From IMG/VR virus record IMGVR_UViG_3300031992_000005, positions 96,001 through 160,000 of that record: a DNA stretch of 64,000 nt, one strand, 5' to 3'. This stretch comes from a virus. This document shows, piece by piece, positions 7,241 through 15,905 of the stretch (the stretch's first letter is position 1; each line of letters begins with the position of its first letter). The notes below the pieces were generated by a model. That model was not told where the DNA came from. It saw nothing but the letters and a program-made list of their open reading frames with translations, and did no database searches. The translations under genes were made by a program, and so were the position numbers.

Positions 7241-7241
7241 G

Positions 7242-7271
7242 TTCCCAGAGAAGGATTTCCTTATAAGTATG
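7242..7271 (+). promoter_or_regulatory. Promoter-like motif, long-spacer variant
   Basis: TTCCCAGAGAAGGATTTCCTTATAAGTATG, 23 nt upstream of ATG 7294. Confidence 0.4.
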
Positions 7272-7293
7272 AATAGTATAAATTTTAGGTTAT

Positions 7294-8343
7294 ATGTTAA
7301 CAATTGTACCAGATGTTGAACAGGTTGTGGAAGATATTTATATAGAACATATTCAAAAAGGTAAAGGAGTTGGATTGAATTATAGAATTTATCCACTTAC
7401 CCCTGATGGCGGCGATATTTATACAGATACGGGATATATACCAACTATATGTTTTAATAATAATCCATCCACAGCAAAAACATTACCGATCATAAACCTA
7501 GTTTCTTCGAGAATAGATAAATTTAAATCTGGGAATACGGGTAATGCTATGAACGTATTTAACTATTTGAAAAATGACTACAGTCCTAGTATAGGGGTTC
7601 CCGATCTAATATTGATTAGAGAATACCCAATTCCTATAGATAATCCCAACGTATGGAAGAAATATGTAATTAAAGAATTTAAAAATGATCTGAATAATCT
7701 AGATTTTAAATTCCTAAATAGAAGTTTTATTAGTTTAGACGTTTATTCACCACAGCAAAAATTAGCAATAGAAGCAGATTCTAGTAAATATCACTCTGGA
7801 ATTAATGAAAGAAAAGATTGGGTAAGGGACAGATATTTAGAAGACGTTGTTGGAATAGATACAATTCGAATTATGGACTTTATTCCTTCTTCTGAATATA
7901 ATATAAACGAATTTAAAAAGAAACTGGATAATTATAAGATCAATAAAACTAAAGACGCTTATTACCCAGAACCTAAAAAACTTGCTTCTACAGTTTTTAA
8001 TTATAATAATACCCCACTAGTAAAAGAAACTGTTAATTATATAAGAAATTTCGTATACAGGGAAAATCACTTAGAAGATAAGCCCTCTAATAACCTAGCT
8101 TATAGAATTTTATCCTATTTTATGAGTCTTGAACTTAAAATTAAATTTGTGGGAGAAAGTTTATTTACAATGGGAGATTATAAGAATAGAGCAAGAAACT
8201 TTCTAATGACAGTAAAAACTATCATAAATAAAACAATCAAAGATCCAACACTGGAATTTTTAATTTCCGATGAAGATGTCCAATATTATATTGACTGTAA
8301 TTATAAAAAAGGAATTCTGAAGCACTTAATTCCTTACAAATGA
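7294..8343 (+). CDS. Vsr/DUF559-like (restriction-endonuclease-fold) domain protein; possible free-standing homing endonuclease
   Basis: The central LDVYSPQQKLAIEADSSKYHSGINERKDWVRDRYLEDVVGIDTIRI fits the DUF559/Vsr pattern (D...l.iE.DG..H......D..R...L...G..v.R). It is paralogous to 46331-46903. Confidence 0.6.
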   Translation: MLTIVPDVEQVVEDIYIEHIQKGKGVGLNYRIYPLTPDGGDIYTDTGYIPTICFNNNPSTAKTLPIINLVSSRIDKFKSGNTGNAMNVFNYLKNDYSPSIGVPDLILIREYPIPIDNPNVWKKYVIKEFKNDLNNLDFKFLNRSFISLDVYSPQQKLAIEADSSKYHSGINERKDWVRDRYLEDVVGIDTIRIMDFIPSSEYNINEFKKKLDNYKINKTKDAYYPEPKKLASTVFNYNNTPLVKETVNYIRNFVYRENHLEDKPSNNLAYRILSYFMSLELKIKFVGESLFTMGDYKNRARNFLMTVKTIINKTIKDPTLEFLISDEDVQYYIDCNYKKGILKHLIPYK

Positions 8344-8508
8344 TAGTAGCTACAATATAAATATATTTATATAGAGCCGGGGAATAAGATCATTCGATAA
8401 AAAGAACCTTATTCGAAACACTCAATACATATATAAATATAAACAGAAGGGAATTATAAATTATCTCCGGCCGGCTTAAGAGATAATAAATAATTCCCTC
8501 ACTTTTTT

Positions 8509-8901
8509 TTACTCGATCATAATAGACTTCTTATTTGTCTTCTCATAATCCTTTGGAATAGTAATAGTTAGAACACCTAGTTCAACTTTTGCTTTAATAT
8601 TACCTAGGTCACACCCATAAGGAATCTCTATTCTCTTATTGATCTTATCCGGCCTAAATTCGTGTCTCAACCATTTATTGTTTTTATTAGTAGTGTCGGT
8701 CTTACTTTTAACGATTAAAACATCATCTTCAACAGAAATATCAATGTCTTCTTTATTGAGACCAGTTGCTCTTAATTCAATTACAAAAGAATCTTCAGTT
8801 TCGCTAAGATTCATTAGAGATGCGCTTACCCATGAAGTAGGAAAAAATAAATCTTCAAACATAATTATTATAAATTTTAAAGTTAAACGTATTGGGTACA
8901 T
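8509..8901 (-). CDS. Small heat-shock protein (Hsp20/alpha-crystallin family)
   Basis: FVIELRATGLNKEDIDISVEDDVLIVKSK...RHEFRPDKINKRIEIP...IKAKVELGVLTITIPK is a typical alpha-crystallin domain. The real start may be the internal ATG at 8862 (MFEDLFFP..). Confidence 0.85.
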   Translation of the reverse strand: MYPIRLTLKFIIIMFEDLFFPTSWVSASLMNLSETEDSFVIELRATGLNKEDIDISVEDDVLIVKSKTDTTNKNNKWLRHEFRPDKINKRIEIPYGCDLGNIKAKVELGVLTITIPKDYEKTNKKSIMIE

Positions 8902-9012
8902 AATCGGTACCCTCTACAGTTAATGCAAATCCCATACCAACCAACATTAACTGACAAAAAGTCAGTTCAGATGACATAAAGTCCTTATCTTTGTATTCTA
9001 AATTTAAAATAT

Positions 9013-10068
9013 ATGAGTGATTTATTAAAGCAACTAGTAAACATTCCATCTCCTACGGGAAATGAAGAAAGAATTACAGAATTCTTAAATTCCGAATTTA
9101 CTAAGAAAGGATTTGAGGTAGAGTTCCAGGACAAGTTTGGAAATATTGCATTTTCAATAGGCTCTAATTGCCCAGGAACAAAGATCCTACTATCCGCACA
9201 CCATGATGAATTAGGATTTATGGTTTGTCATATAACGGATAATGGAGGATGTAGATTGATGAGAACTAGTGGAGAAGATAGAAGAATTCTTCCTGGAGCA
9301 TCACTCTTAGTACTTACAGACAAAGGTCCAGTAACAGGAGTAATTGTTCATAAGCCAATTCATGTTCAAGATGATGAAGAATATGGCGAAGTTACTAAAA
9401 TGAAGGACCTTATCCTTGACCTTGGTTGTAGCAATAAGCAAGAGGTATTAGATATGGGTGTTCATGTAGGAACAAGAGCCGTATTTACAAGAGGACAAGA
9501 AATGATACATTTCGGAAGTTCAGGAAAATACATTTGTGCACCTGGCCTGGATGATAAGATCGGTGTATACTGTGTAATGAGAGCTATGATTTATGCACAG
9601 GAACACGAAGAAGATCTAATTAGAAAAGGTATCAGAATATACTTTGCATCTCTCAGTGGAGAAGAATCCGGTTTAAGAGGAGCTAGAGTAGCAGCTAGAA
9701 GAATTAATCCAGATTATTCCATTGACATCGATGTTACTCCATCTACAGAGGATGACATGGGAATCTCTAAGGATGAATTCGGAGATATCGAATTGGGTAA
9801 AGGCGTAGTAATTGCTTATGGACCAGACAAGAATCTTGAATTGACAGAACTTCTTAGATCTTTAGCTGGTGACAAAGTTCAATTAGAGGCTACTAGAGCA
9901 GGAAGTACTAACACTGCTAAAATACAAGAAAATGCTCTAGACTGCGCAACTGCCCTCTTAAGTATCCCTAATAAAAATATGCATCAACCATTTGAGATTT
10001 GTCACTGGGATGATGTAGAGGATTGTATAAGTTTGTTGGAAAAATATATTTCTCACATTGCAGAATAA
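9013..10068 (+). CDS. M42-family metallopeptidase (FrvX/glutamyl aminopeptidase-like)
   Basis: LLKQLVNIPSPTGNEE, SAHHDELGFMV, APGLDDKIGV and SGEESGLRGA match the conserved metal-ligand blocks of the M42 family. Confidence 0.8.
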   Translation: MSDLLKQLVNIPSPTGNEERITEFLNSEFTKKGFEVEFQDKFGNIAFSIGSNCPGTKILLSAHHDELGFMVCHITDNGGCRLMRTSGEDRRILPGASLLVLTDKGPVTGVIVHKPIHVQDDEEYGEVTKMKDLILDLGCSNKQEVLDMGVHVGTRAVFTRGQEMIHFGSSGKYICAPGLDDKIGVYCVMRAMIYAQEHEEDLIRKGIRIYFASLSGEESGLRGARVAARRINPDYSIDIDVTPSTEDDMGISKDEFGDIELGKGVVIAYGPDKNLELTELLRSLAGDKVQLEATRAGSTNTAKIQENALDCATALLSIPNKNMHQPFEICHWDDVEDCISLLEKYISHIAE

Positions 10069-10074
10069 AATACC

Positions 10075-10105
10075 TTCCCGAAGTAAGAATAATGCCTTAT
10101 ATATG
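10075..10105 (+). promoter_or_regulatory. Promoter-like motif, class B (..AATGCCTTATATATG)
   Basis: TTCCCGAAGTAAGAATAATGCCTTATATATG, 16 nt upstream of small ORF 10121. Confidence 0.4.
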
Positions 10106-10120
10106 TAATATATAAGAGAT

Positions 10121-10264
10121 ATGATAGGGATTATATTTTTAGCATGGGTCGCATTGATGATTGCGATTCGTTGCAATGCAGAGAGTATAATAAAGAAGAG
10201 CACTGATGTTCTTGAACAACTAAACTCTTCAAGTACACAACAACAAAATAAAGGGGATGCGTAA
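10121..10264 (+). CDS. Small predicted membrane protein (47 aa)
   Basis: The ORF reads MIGIIFLAWVALMIAIRCNAESIIKKSTDVLEQLNSSSTQQQNKGDA. It lies between a class B motif and terminator 10252-10286. It falls below the ORF-track length threshold. Confidence 0.35.
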   Translation: MIGIIFLAWVALMIAIRCNAESIIKKSTDVLEQLNSSSTQQQNKGDA

Positions 10265-10286
10265 TCGACTCCCCTAATTTTTTTTT
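10252..10286 (+). terminator. Intrinsic terminator
   Basis: AGGGGA..12-nt loop..TCCCCT, then AA and T9. Confidence 0.65.
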
Positions 10287-10309
10287 GCCCCGTCATATCC
10301 TTATTATTG
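10287..10309 (+). promoter_or_regulatory. Promoter-like motif, class A variant
   Basis: GCCCCGTCATATCCTTATTATTG, 21 nt upstream of ATG 10330. Confidence 0.4.
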
Positions 10310-10329
10310 TAGATATAAATTTTAGTGAT

Positions 10330-11382
10330 ATGGAAAGATTTTATGAATTAAGTGAAATTACATTATTACCAAAAGCAGTGAATCATGGTTTTCAAAGTAT
10401 TGAGAAATATGATTTTTATGTAGAAGATCTTGAGGATCATACTGGAATTTCAAGAACCTTGCCAATATTTACTGCTCCGAGAGAAAGTATTATCGGGAAG
10501 GATAATGCTAAGTTATTCCAGGATAAAGGAATCCGACCAATTCTTCCGGCATCAGAGGATATTAATGTAAGATTGGAGTATTGTCAATGGATTTTCTGTT
10601 CTTTCACTCTCGGGGAAATAAGAAAACATTTCTGTGAGAGAAAGGCAATATATGATGATAGAACACAACTACACGTCAATATTGAAACAGATAACGGCCA
10701 TTCTGAAGGTCTCCTAGCTATATGTAAAAACCTTCGCCGATTATATGGTGCACAGATTATAATTATGGCAGGTAATATAGGAAGAGATACTACTTACAAG
10801 GAATATTGTAATTCCGGAGTTGATTACATTAGAGTGGGAATAGGAACAAGCTCCTTAGAGGAAGGAGACAATTCAGGTTTTTATTTCCCACTAGGTAGTC
10901 TCTTGGATGCTATAAAAAACTATAAAAGAGTAAACAGTGCAATATTACCTAGACAAACAAAATTAGTGGTCGATGGAGGACTTGAATCTATCACAGATGT
11001 TATAAAGGCCTTTGCATTAGGGGCTGATTATGTCATGATCGGATTTATGTTTGCAGGACTCTTGGAAGCTGCAGGACCACTCAGAAAAAGCGATAAGAAT
11101 AAAGATGGTTCTACAAACTTCAATGTAGTTGATCCAAATTCATTGGCGGGCATGACAGGACCACAACTCAGATCTAATGGGCTCTGTAGACAATATTACG
11201 GGAATAATGAGTTTAATTTCCGAAAATTCTCTCCAAAATGGATCGGAGTAAAGAAAACGTTAGATGAATGGGTACAAGAATTTATCGAAAAATCTTACTA
11301 TGCATTTACTATGTCAGATGTATCTAATTGGGCAGATTTTGGAAGATCAACAACTTACGGAATATCTTTGGGAGGTAGATAA
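10330..11382 (+). CDS. IMPDH/GMP reductase (GuaC)-family TIM-barrel protein, apparently lacking the catalytic Cys
   Basis: IMAGNIGRDTTYKEYCNSGVDYIRVGIGTSS and LVVDGGLESITDVIKAFALGADYVMIGFMFAG align with GuaC [36 protein letters not shown] and [32 protein letters not shown]. The start is set at ATG 10330 because the TTG at 10285 lies inside the terminator/promoter cassette. Confidence 0.7.
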   Translation: MERFYELSEITLLPKAVNHGFQSIEKYDFYVEDLEDHTGISRTLPIFTAPRESIIGKDNAKLFQDKGIRPILPASEDINVRLEYCQWIFCSFTLGEIRKHFCERKAIYDDRTQLHVNIETDNGHSEGLLAICKNLRRLYGAQIIIMAGNIGRDTTYKEYCNSGVDYIRVGIGTSSLEEGDNSGFYFPLGSLLDAIKNYKRVNSAILPRQTKLVVDGGLESITDVIKAFALGADYVMIGFMFAGLLEAAGPLRKSDKNKDGSTNFNVVDPNSLAGMTGPQLRSNGLCRQYYGNNEFNFRKFSPKWIGVKKTLDEWVQEFIEKSYYAFTMSDVSNWADFGRSTTYGISLGGR

Positions 11383-11384
11383 TT

Positions 11385-11732
11385 ATGGAAGAGGATAAAT
11401 TATATTTTTTATTAGGATTATTCGAAGACGATACTCAGAAAGTGAAACATTTTCTAATCACCGCCAAGAATATTAATAGTGCAAGAAAAAAAGTAGTAGA
11501 TTATTATAACGATAATCTAACTACATACCCAAAAGCTCTTGACGCAGCAGGCATAAAATTTCTAAATCCAAGAATCTTAGATAAATATACTTATGGAAGA
11601 GACATGGACTTCTTAGAAGTTTGGAAAGATAAAGTACTGGAGGATGGGTCACATCAATTTACCTTAGGCCTGGATGGAGTATTAGTTGGCGAAATAGATC
11701 CAATAGAAGAAGAAGAATTAATTAGATTATAA
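11385..11732 (+). CDS. Hypothetical protein
   Basis: ORF 2 nt downstream of the previous stop. No motif recognised. Confidence 0.7.
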   Translation: MEEDKLYFLLGLFEDDTQKVKHFLITAKNINSARKKVVDYYNDNLTTYPKALDAAGIKFLNPRILDKYTYGRDMDFLEVWKDKVLEDGSHQFTLGLDGVLVGEIDPIEEEELIRL

Positions 11733-11738
11733 AAAAGG

Positions 11739-11756
11739 TGGGGACATTGCGTCCCC
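11739..11756. terminator. Bidirectional intrinsic terminator between convergent genes
   Basis: The GGGGAC-attgc-GTCCCC hairpin is flanked by A6 upstream and T10 downstream. Confidence 0.75.
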
Positions 11757-11763
11757 TTTTTTT

Positions 11764-14097
11764 TTATTGTTCAACTATAGTCCAACCATATTTTCCTAAA
11801 TAATAATTTCCCGTTCCCATCCAAGTGTCGTAGCCTGTAGAACCAGCTGGAACTGTTAAAGTACCATTGGACTTAATATAATAAAAGGTACTAGAACTTA
11901 TACTTGGGGCTGTAGTTGCAAGAGAAGTAATATTAACTAGATGAGTACAGTATTCGAATGCGTGGTTACCAATACTAGTCACTGAATTACCTATTGTAAC
12001 AGAAGTTAAAGAACTACAATAAACAAATGCATTAATTCCAATACTAGTAACTAAATCTGGAATTGTAATAGAGGTTAGAGAAGAACAACTTCGAAATGCA
12101 CCGGCACCAATACTAGTTACTGAATCTGGTATTATAACAGAAGTTAGAGAGGTACAACTTTCAAATGCAGCGCCACCAATACTAGTAACTGAATCTGGTA
12201 TTGTAACAGAAGTTAGAGAGGTACAAGTCCGAAATGTAAAATCACTAATACTAGTAACTGAACTAGGAATTGTAATAGATGTTAAAGAAGTACAATTATA
12301 AAATGCACTATTACCAATACTAGTAACTAAATTTGGAATTGTAATAGATGTTAAAGAAGTACAATTATAAAATGCACTACTACCAATCCTAGTAACTGAA
12401 TCTCCTATTATGATAGAAGTTAGAGAAGTACAGTTTTGAAACGCATAATTATCAATACTAGTAACTGAACTAGGAATTGTGATAGAAGTTAAAGAAGTAC
12501 AACCATTAAATGCACTATTACCAATACTAGTAACTGATTCTGGAATTGTGATAGAGGTTAAAGCAGAACAATCACTAAATGCACTACTTCCAATACTAGT
12601 AACTGAACTTGGAATTATAATAGAAGTTAAGGAAATACAACCAGCAAATGCATTATTATCAATACTAGTAACTGAATTTGGAATTATAGTGTTCTTACAA
12701 CCAGTAATTAATTTATTACTAGATTTTCCTATAATTGCGTTACAATCATTTCTAGAGTCATAATAAGAATTATTTGGATCAACTACTATTACTTCAATAC
12801 TACTGCATCCATAAAATGCATACTGACCAATATTAGTAACTGAACTAGGAATTGTGATAGAAGTTAAAGAAGTACAACCATTAAATGCACTATTACCAAT
12901 ACTAGTAACTGATTCTGGAATTGTGATAGAAGTTAGGGAAGTGCAGCTCTGAAATGCCTGACCACTAATACCAACAACCGAATCTGGAATTATTACATCT
13001 AAGTTTATACCTCTATAACGATAGACTATGTTATTTTTTATACATAACCCGTCAATCTCCAAATCTATTATAGTAGCTCCCCAATAACTGTACACTGTCT
13101 CATCAAGAGAGCTATTATTAACAAAATTATTAGATAAAAATAAGCAACCAGCAAATGCACCCTGACCAATACTAGTGACTGATTCTGGAATTATGATAGA
13201 AGTTAATCCAGTACATCCAGCAAATGCACCACTACCAAGACTAGTGATTGAATCTGGAATTGTAACGGAAGATAAAGAAAAACAATTATTAAATGCACCA
13301 TTACCCATACTAGTAATTGAATTACCTAGCGTAAGACTAGTTAGTTCATGACAGCCAGAAAATTCTTGTCCACCGATGGCAGGAACGGAATCTCCTATAA
13401 TTAATGTTTTTAATTTTCGACAAAAACTAGAACCATTAGAACTAAAAATACCTGATAATGGCGCTTGTGCATTATAATTAATATACTCTAAATTAATACA
13501 CCTAGCAAATGCACCACTAAGACTAGTAACTGATTCTGGTATTGTAATAGAAGTTAAAGAAGTACAACTACTAAATGCACCATAATTAACCTCAATTACT
13601 GATTCTGGTATTGTAATAGAAGTTAGAGAAGTACAATTCTGAAATGCACTATTATTAATTTTAGTAACACTACTTCCGATAACAAGATTAACCAGTTTAG
13701 GACAATTATTAAATGCACCATTAGTAATAGTTGTTACAGAATCTCCTATGATTGCTGTTACAAGTTCTGGAGAATTAGAAAAAGATGAATTACTAATACT
13801 AGTACACAATTTACCTATTTCAGCTTTAACACAATTACTATTATATTCACCCAGTCCGGATGCAGTTAACTCACCTTCGCCCTCTATTTCAATAACACTT
13901 CCATCTATTAAGGTTAATTTGCAGAATCCTTCATAAGGAGGTTCTTCGCTATCACCCCCCCCCCCTTGGCCGATTAGGTCTTCACTATTAAGTGATGGGA
14001 AGTAGTCACTCTTAGTCTTCTTTTTCACATTTGAATAAATATATTCACTTAGTGTATCCCCACCTAATTCATGAGAGAAACAATCATTTACATTCAT
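11764..14097 (-). CDS. BspA-type leucine-rich-repeat (LRR_5) protein, putative tail fibre/receptor-binding protein, class I N-terminal module
   Basis: About 25 repeats of the type SLTSITIPxSVTSIGxxAFxxCT. The N-terminal MNVNDCFSHELGGDTLSEYIYSNVKKKTKSDYFPSLNSEDLIGQGGGGDSEEP is shared with ORFs at 51953, 57309 and 59707. The C-terminal NGTLTVPAGSTGYDTWM..GWTIVEQ is shared with 51953. Confidence 0.8.
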   Translation of the reverse strand: MNVNDCFSHELGGDTLSEYIYSNVKKKTKSDYFPSLNSEDLIGQGGGGDSEEPPYEGFCKLTLIDGSVIEIEGEGELTASGLGEYNSNCVKAEIGKLCTSISNSSFSNSPELVTAIIGDSVTTITNGAFNNCPKLVNLVIGSSVTKINNSAFQNCTSLTSITIPESVIEVNYGAFSSCTSLTSITIPESVTSLSGAFARCINLEYINYNAQAPLSGIFSSNGSSFCRKLKTLIIGDSVPAIGGQEFSGCHELTSLTLGNSITSMGNGAFNNCFSLSSVTIPDSITSLGSGAFAGCTGLTSIIIPESVTSIGQGAFAGCLFLSNNFVNNSSLDETVYSYWGATIIDLEIDGLCIKNNIVYRYRGINLDVIIPDSVVGISGQAFQSCTSLTSITIPESVTSIGNSAFNGCTSLTSITIPSSVTNIGQYAFYGCSSIEVIVVDPNNSYYDSRNDCNAIIGKSSNKLITGCKNTIIPNSVTSIDNNAFAGCISLTSIIIPSSVTSIGSSAFSDCSALTSITIPESVTSIGNSAFNGCTSLTSITIPSSVTSIDNYAFQNCTSLTSIIIGDSVTRIGSSAFYNCTSLTSITIPNLVTSIGNSAFYNCTSLTSITIPSSVTSISDFTFRTCTSLTSVTIPDSVTSIGGAAFESCTSLTSVIIPDSVTSIGAGAFRSCSSLTSITIPDLVTSIGINAFVYCSSLTSVTIGNSVTSIGNHAFEYCTHLVNITSLATTAPSISSSTFYYIKSNGTLTVPAGSTGYDTWMGTGNYYLGKYGWTIVEQ

Positions 14098-14113
14098 AAT
14101 TTAAGTATTTTTT

Positions 14114-15472
14114 TTAATTCATTGTTACTTTTATCCAGCCTCCTGGTAATGAGTTCATCCAGGTATCATAGCCTCTAGCACCTTGCGGAACATATAATGT
14201 ACCGTTAGGACAGATGTCTTTAAATGGGTTAAAGCCACTTGGGAAAGTTGGTGCAATTGCTGGTTTTGCTACTATTTCACATAAGTTACTACAATAAACA
14301 AATGTATCTTGACCAATAGATGTAATACTACCAGGTATTATTATACGAGATAAACCTGCACATCCAAGAAATACACCATGATCAATAGTAGTCAGTGAAC
14401 TATATTCAGGTAAATTAATTTCAATTAGCCTGTAACAATGGGAAAATGCATAAGAACCAATACTACTTAGATTATCCCCTAAGACAACTTTTTTCAAACC
14501 ACCACAACCATCGAACTTATCACCGGTGATACTAGTGACACCTTTTAAGACTACTGTTTCCAATGTATTAATTGCTCTGAAAAATCCATATTCAATACTT
14601 GTCACGGAATCCCCTAAGATTAATGTCTCTAGAGTTCTATGATTACCAAAAGTTTCTGTACTGAAATTAACCTGTGCATCATAATTAATATACTTAATAT
14701 TTGCACAATTCTTAAACGCATTACTTCCAATACTAGTAACTGAATGTGGAACTGTTATGTTAGCTAGGTTTGTACATCCGTCAAATGCATTATCTCCAAT
14801 ACTAGCTACTCCATCCTCTATTACTACATCAGTTAAGCTAGTACAACCTTGAAAGGTGGAGCTATTAATATTAGTTAACTTACCAGGGATTTCTATACTA
14901 ATTAAGCTAGTGCAGCCATAAAATGCACTACTACCTAAGGTAGTTAGATTCTTAGGCAACCTCACATTAACTAAGCTATTACAATTATATAAAGCCTGAT
15001 CACCAATACTAGTAACGGTATTAGGTATTACCACCTTGGTTAAATTATTACATCCATATAATGCAAATTTACCTATAGAAGTTACACCATCAGGTATAAT
15101 TAATTCCACCAATGCACCACTAAAGAAAATTGGAGCTGTCCCGCCCAAAGTGCCACTTGGATTAGTCAATTCAAACCTAATTGTATGTATTCCTGTAGTA
15201 TTAAAGGTATAGGTTACTACTATAGGATTATCCCCCGTTTGAAGTACTCCATCAATTTCAGTAGCTTTAATCACATCAGGTCCAGTATAACCAGATGTTA
15301 TAACAGTAGGTGAAGTAGTACTAGTGACATTATACTTACCTATCATCCATGCACTAGGCTTATTATAATGTACCTCATTTTCTGCTTCACAGTATACTAC
15401 ATTAGGTCCTTGGATGCTATCTTTTTGTTCTTCATACTCGGTATGAGTATTAAATTTCTTTAAATATTTCAT
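14114..15472 (-). CDS. BspA-type LRR protein, putative tail fibre, class II N-terminal module
   Basis: LRR_5-type repeats are present (VTSIGxxAFxxCxxL). The start is set at MKYLKKFNTHTEYEEQKDSIQGPNVVYCE because it aligns with the N-terminus of ORF 55986 (KYFNLFDSHNDYISAKNNLKKPNISYCE). The ORF-track start 15571 would run into the upstream gene's end. Confidence 0.75.
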   Translation of the reverse strand: MKYLKKFNTHTEYEEQKDSIQGPNVVYCEAENEVHYNKPSAWMIGKYNVTSTTSPTVITSGYTGPDVIKATEIDGVLQTGDNPIVVTYTFNTTGIHTIRFELTNPSGTLGGTAPIFFSGALVELIIPDGVTSIGKFALYGCNNLTKVVIPNTVTSIGDQALYNCNSLVNVRLPKNLTTLGSSAFYGCTSLISIEIPGKLTNINSSTFQGCTSLTDVVIEDGVASIGDNAFDGCTNLANITVPHSVTSIGSNAFKNCANIKYINYDAQVNFSTETFGNHRTLETLILGDSVTSIEYGFFRAINTLETVVLKGVTSITGDKFDGCGGLKKVVLGDNLSSIGSYAFSHCYRLIEINLPEYSSLTTIDHGVFLGCAGLSRIIIPGSITSIGQDTFVYCSNLCEIVAKPAIAPTFPSGFNPFKDICPNGTLYVPQGARGYDTWMNSLPGGWIKVTMN

Positions 15473-15518
15473 ATTAGAAAAAATAGAGCAACTCTCTCTC
15501 AAGTTGCTCATTTTAATT

Positions 15519-15905
15519 TTATAGTAAGTTCGTAAGTTTTTCAAAAAGACGATCGAGTTTAGCCATATCAAGAAGAGCCGTATAGCCTTTATGTGCTATT
15601 ACTTTTCCCTTGAACTGAACTAATGGATACATACCACCATCCCAGATATCAAGTCGTCTTTCATCAGGGATATATACGATTTCGCCCAGAGGGGTTTTTC
15701 TATGATCCTGACTACGAATTACGTATTTATATACATCGACACCTTCTGCGATTAGCATTGTTAATGTATTTAATCCAAACAATATCTTTATATTATCATA
15801 GATGGATTTTACTTTAAGGGCATTCTTATGCGTTTCATCCTTAAAGAATCCTGTAACATTCTTAACTTCCGCAAAAGGTAATCCTTGATAACTAAGCCTT
15901 AACAT
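15519..15905 (-). CDS. Hypothetical protein
   Basis: ORF in an operon-like minus-strand array. No motif recognised. Confidence 0.65.
   Translation of the reverse strand: MLRLSYQGLPFAEVKNVTGFFKDETHKNALKVKSIYDNIKILFGLNTLTMLIAEGVDVYKYVIRSQDHRKTPLGEIVYIPDERRLDIWDGGMYPLVQFKGKVIAHKGYTALLDMAKLDRLFEKLTNLL

Noticed and set aside
8639-9049. ORFs 8639-8923 (+) and 8855-9049 (-)
   Set aside because: The first is antisense to the Hsp20 gene. The second spans the divergent intergenic region and the start of the M42 peptidase gene. Neither has a recognisable motif.
9958-10296. 112-aa minus-strand ORF
   Set aside because: It overlaps the peptidase 3' end, a plus-strand promoter motif, the small TM ORF and a plus-strand terminator. 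The plus-strand organisation explains the region better.
12479-12763. Plus-strand ORFs antisense to LRR genes (also 13748-13936, 52169-52354, 52597-52812, 57929-58159)
   Set aside because: The repetitive LRR coding sequence lacks stops on the opposite strand by chance. The sense ORFs are far longer and have clear family motifs.
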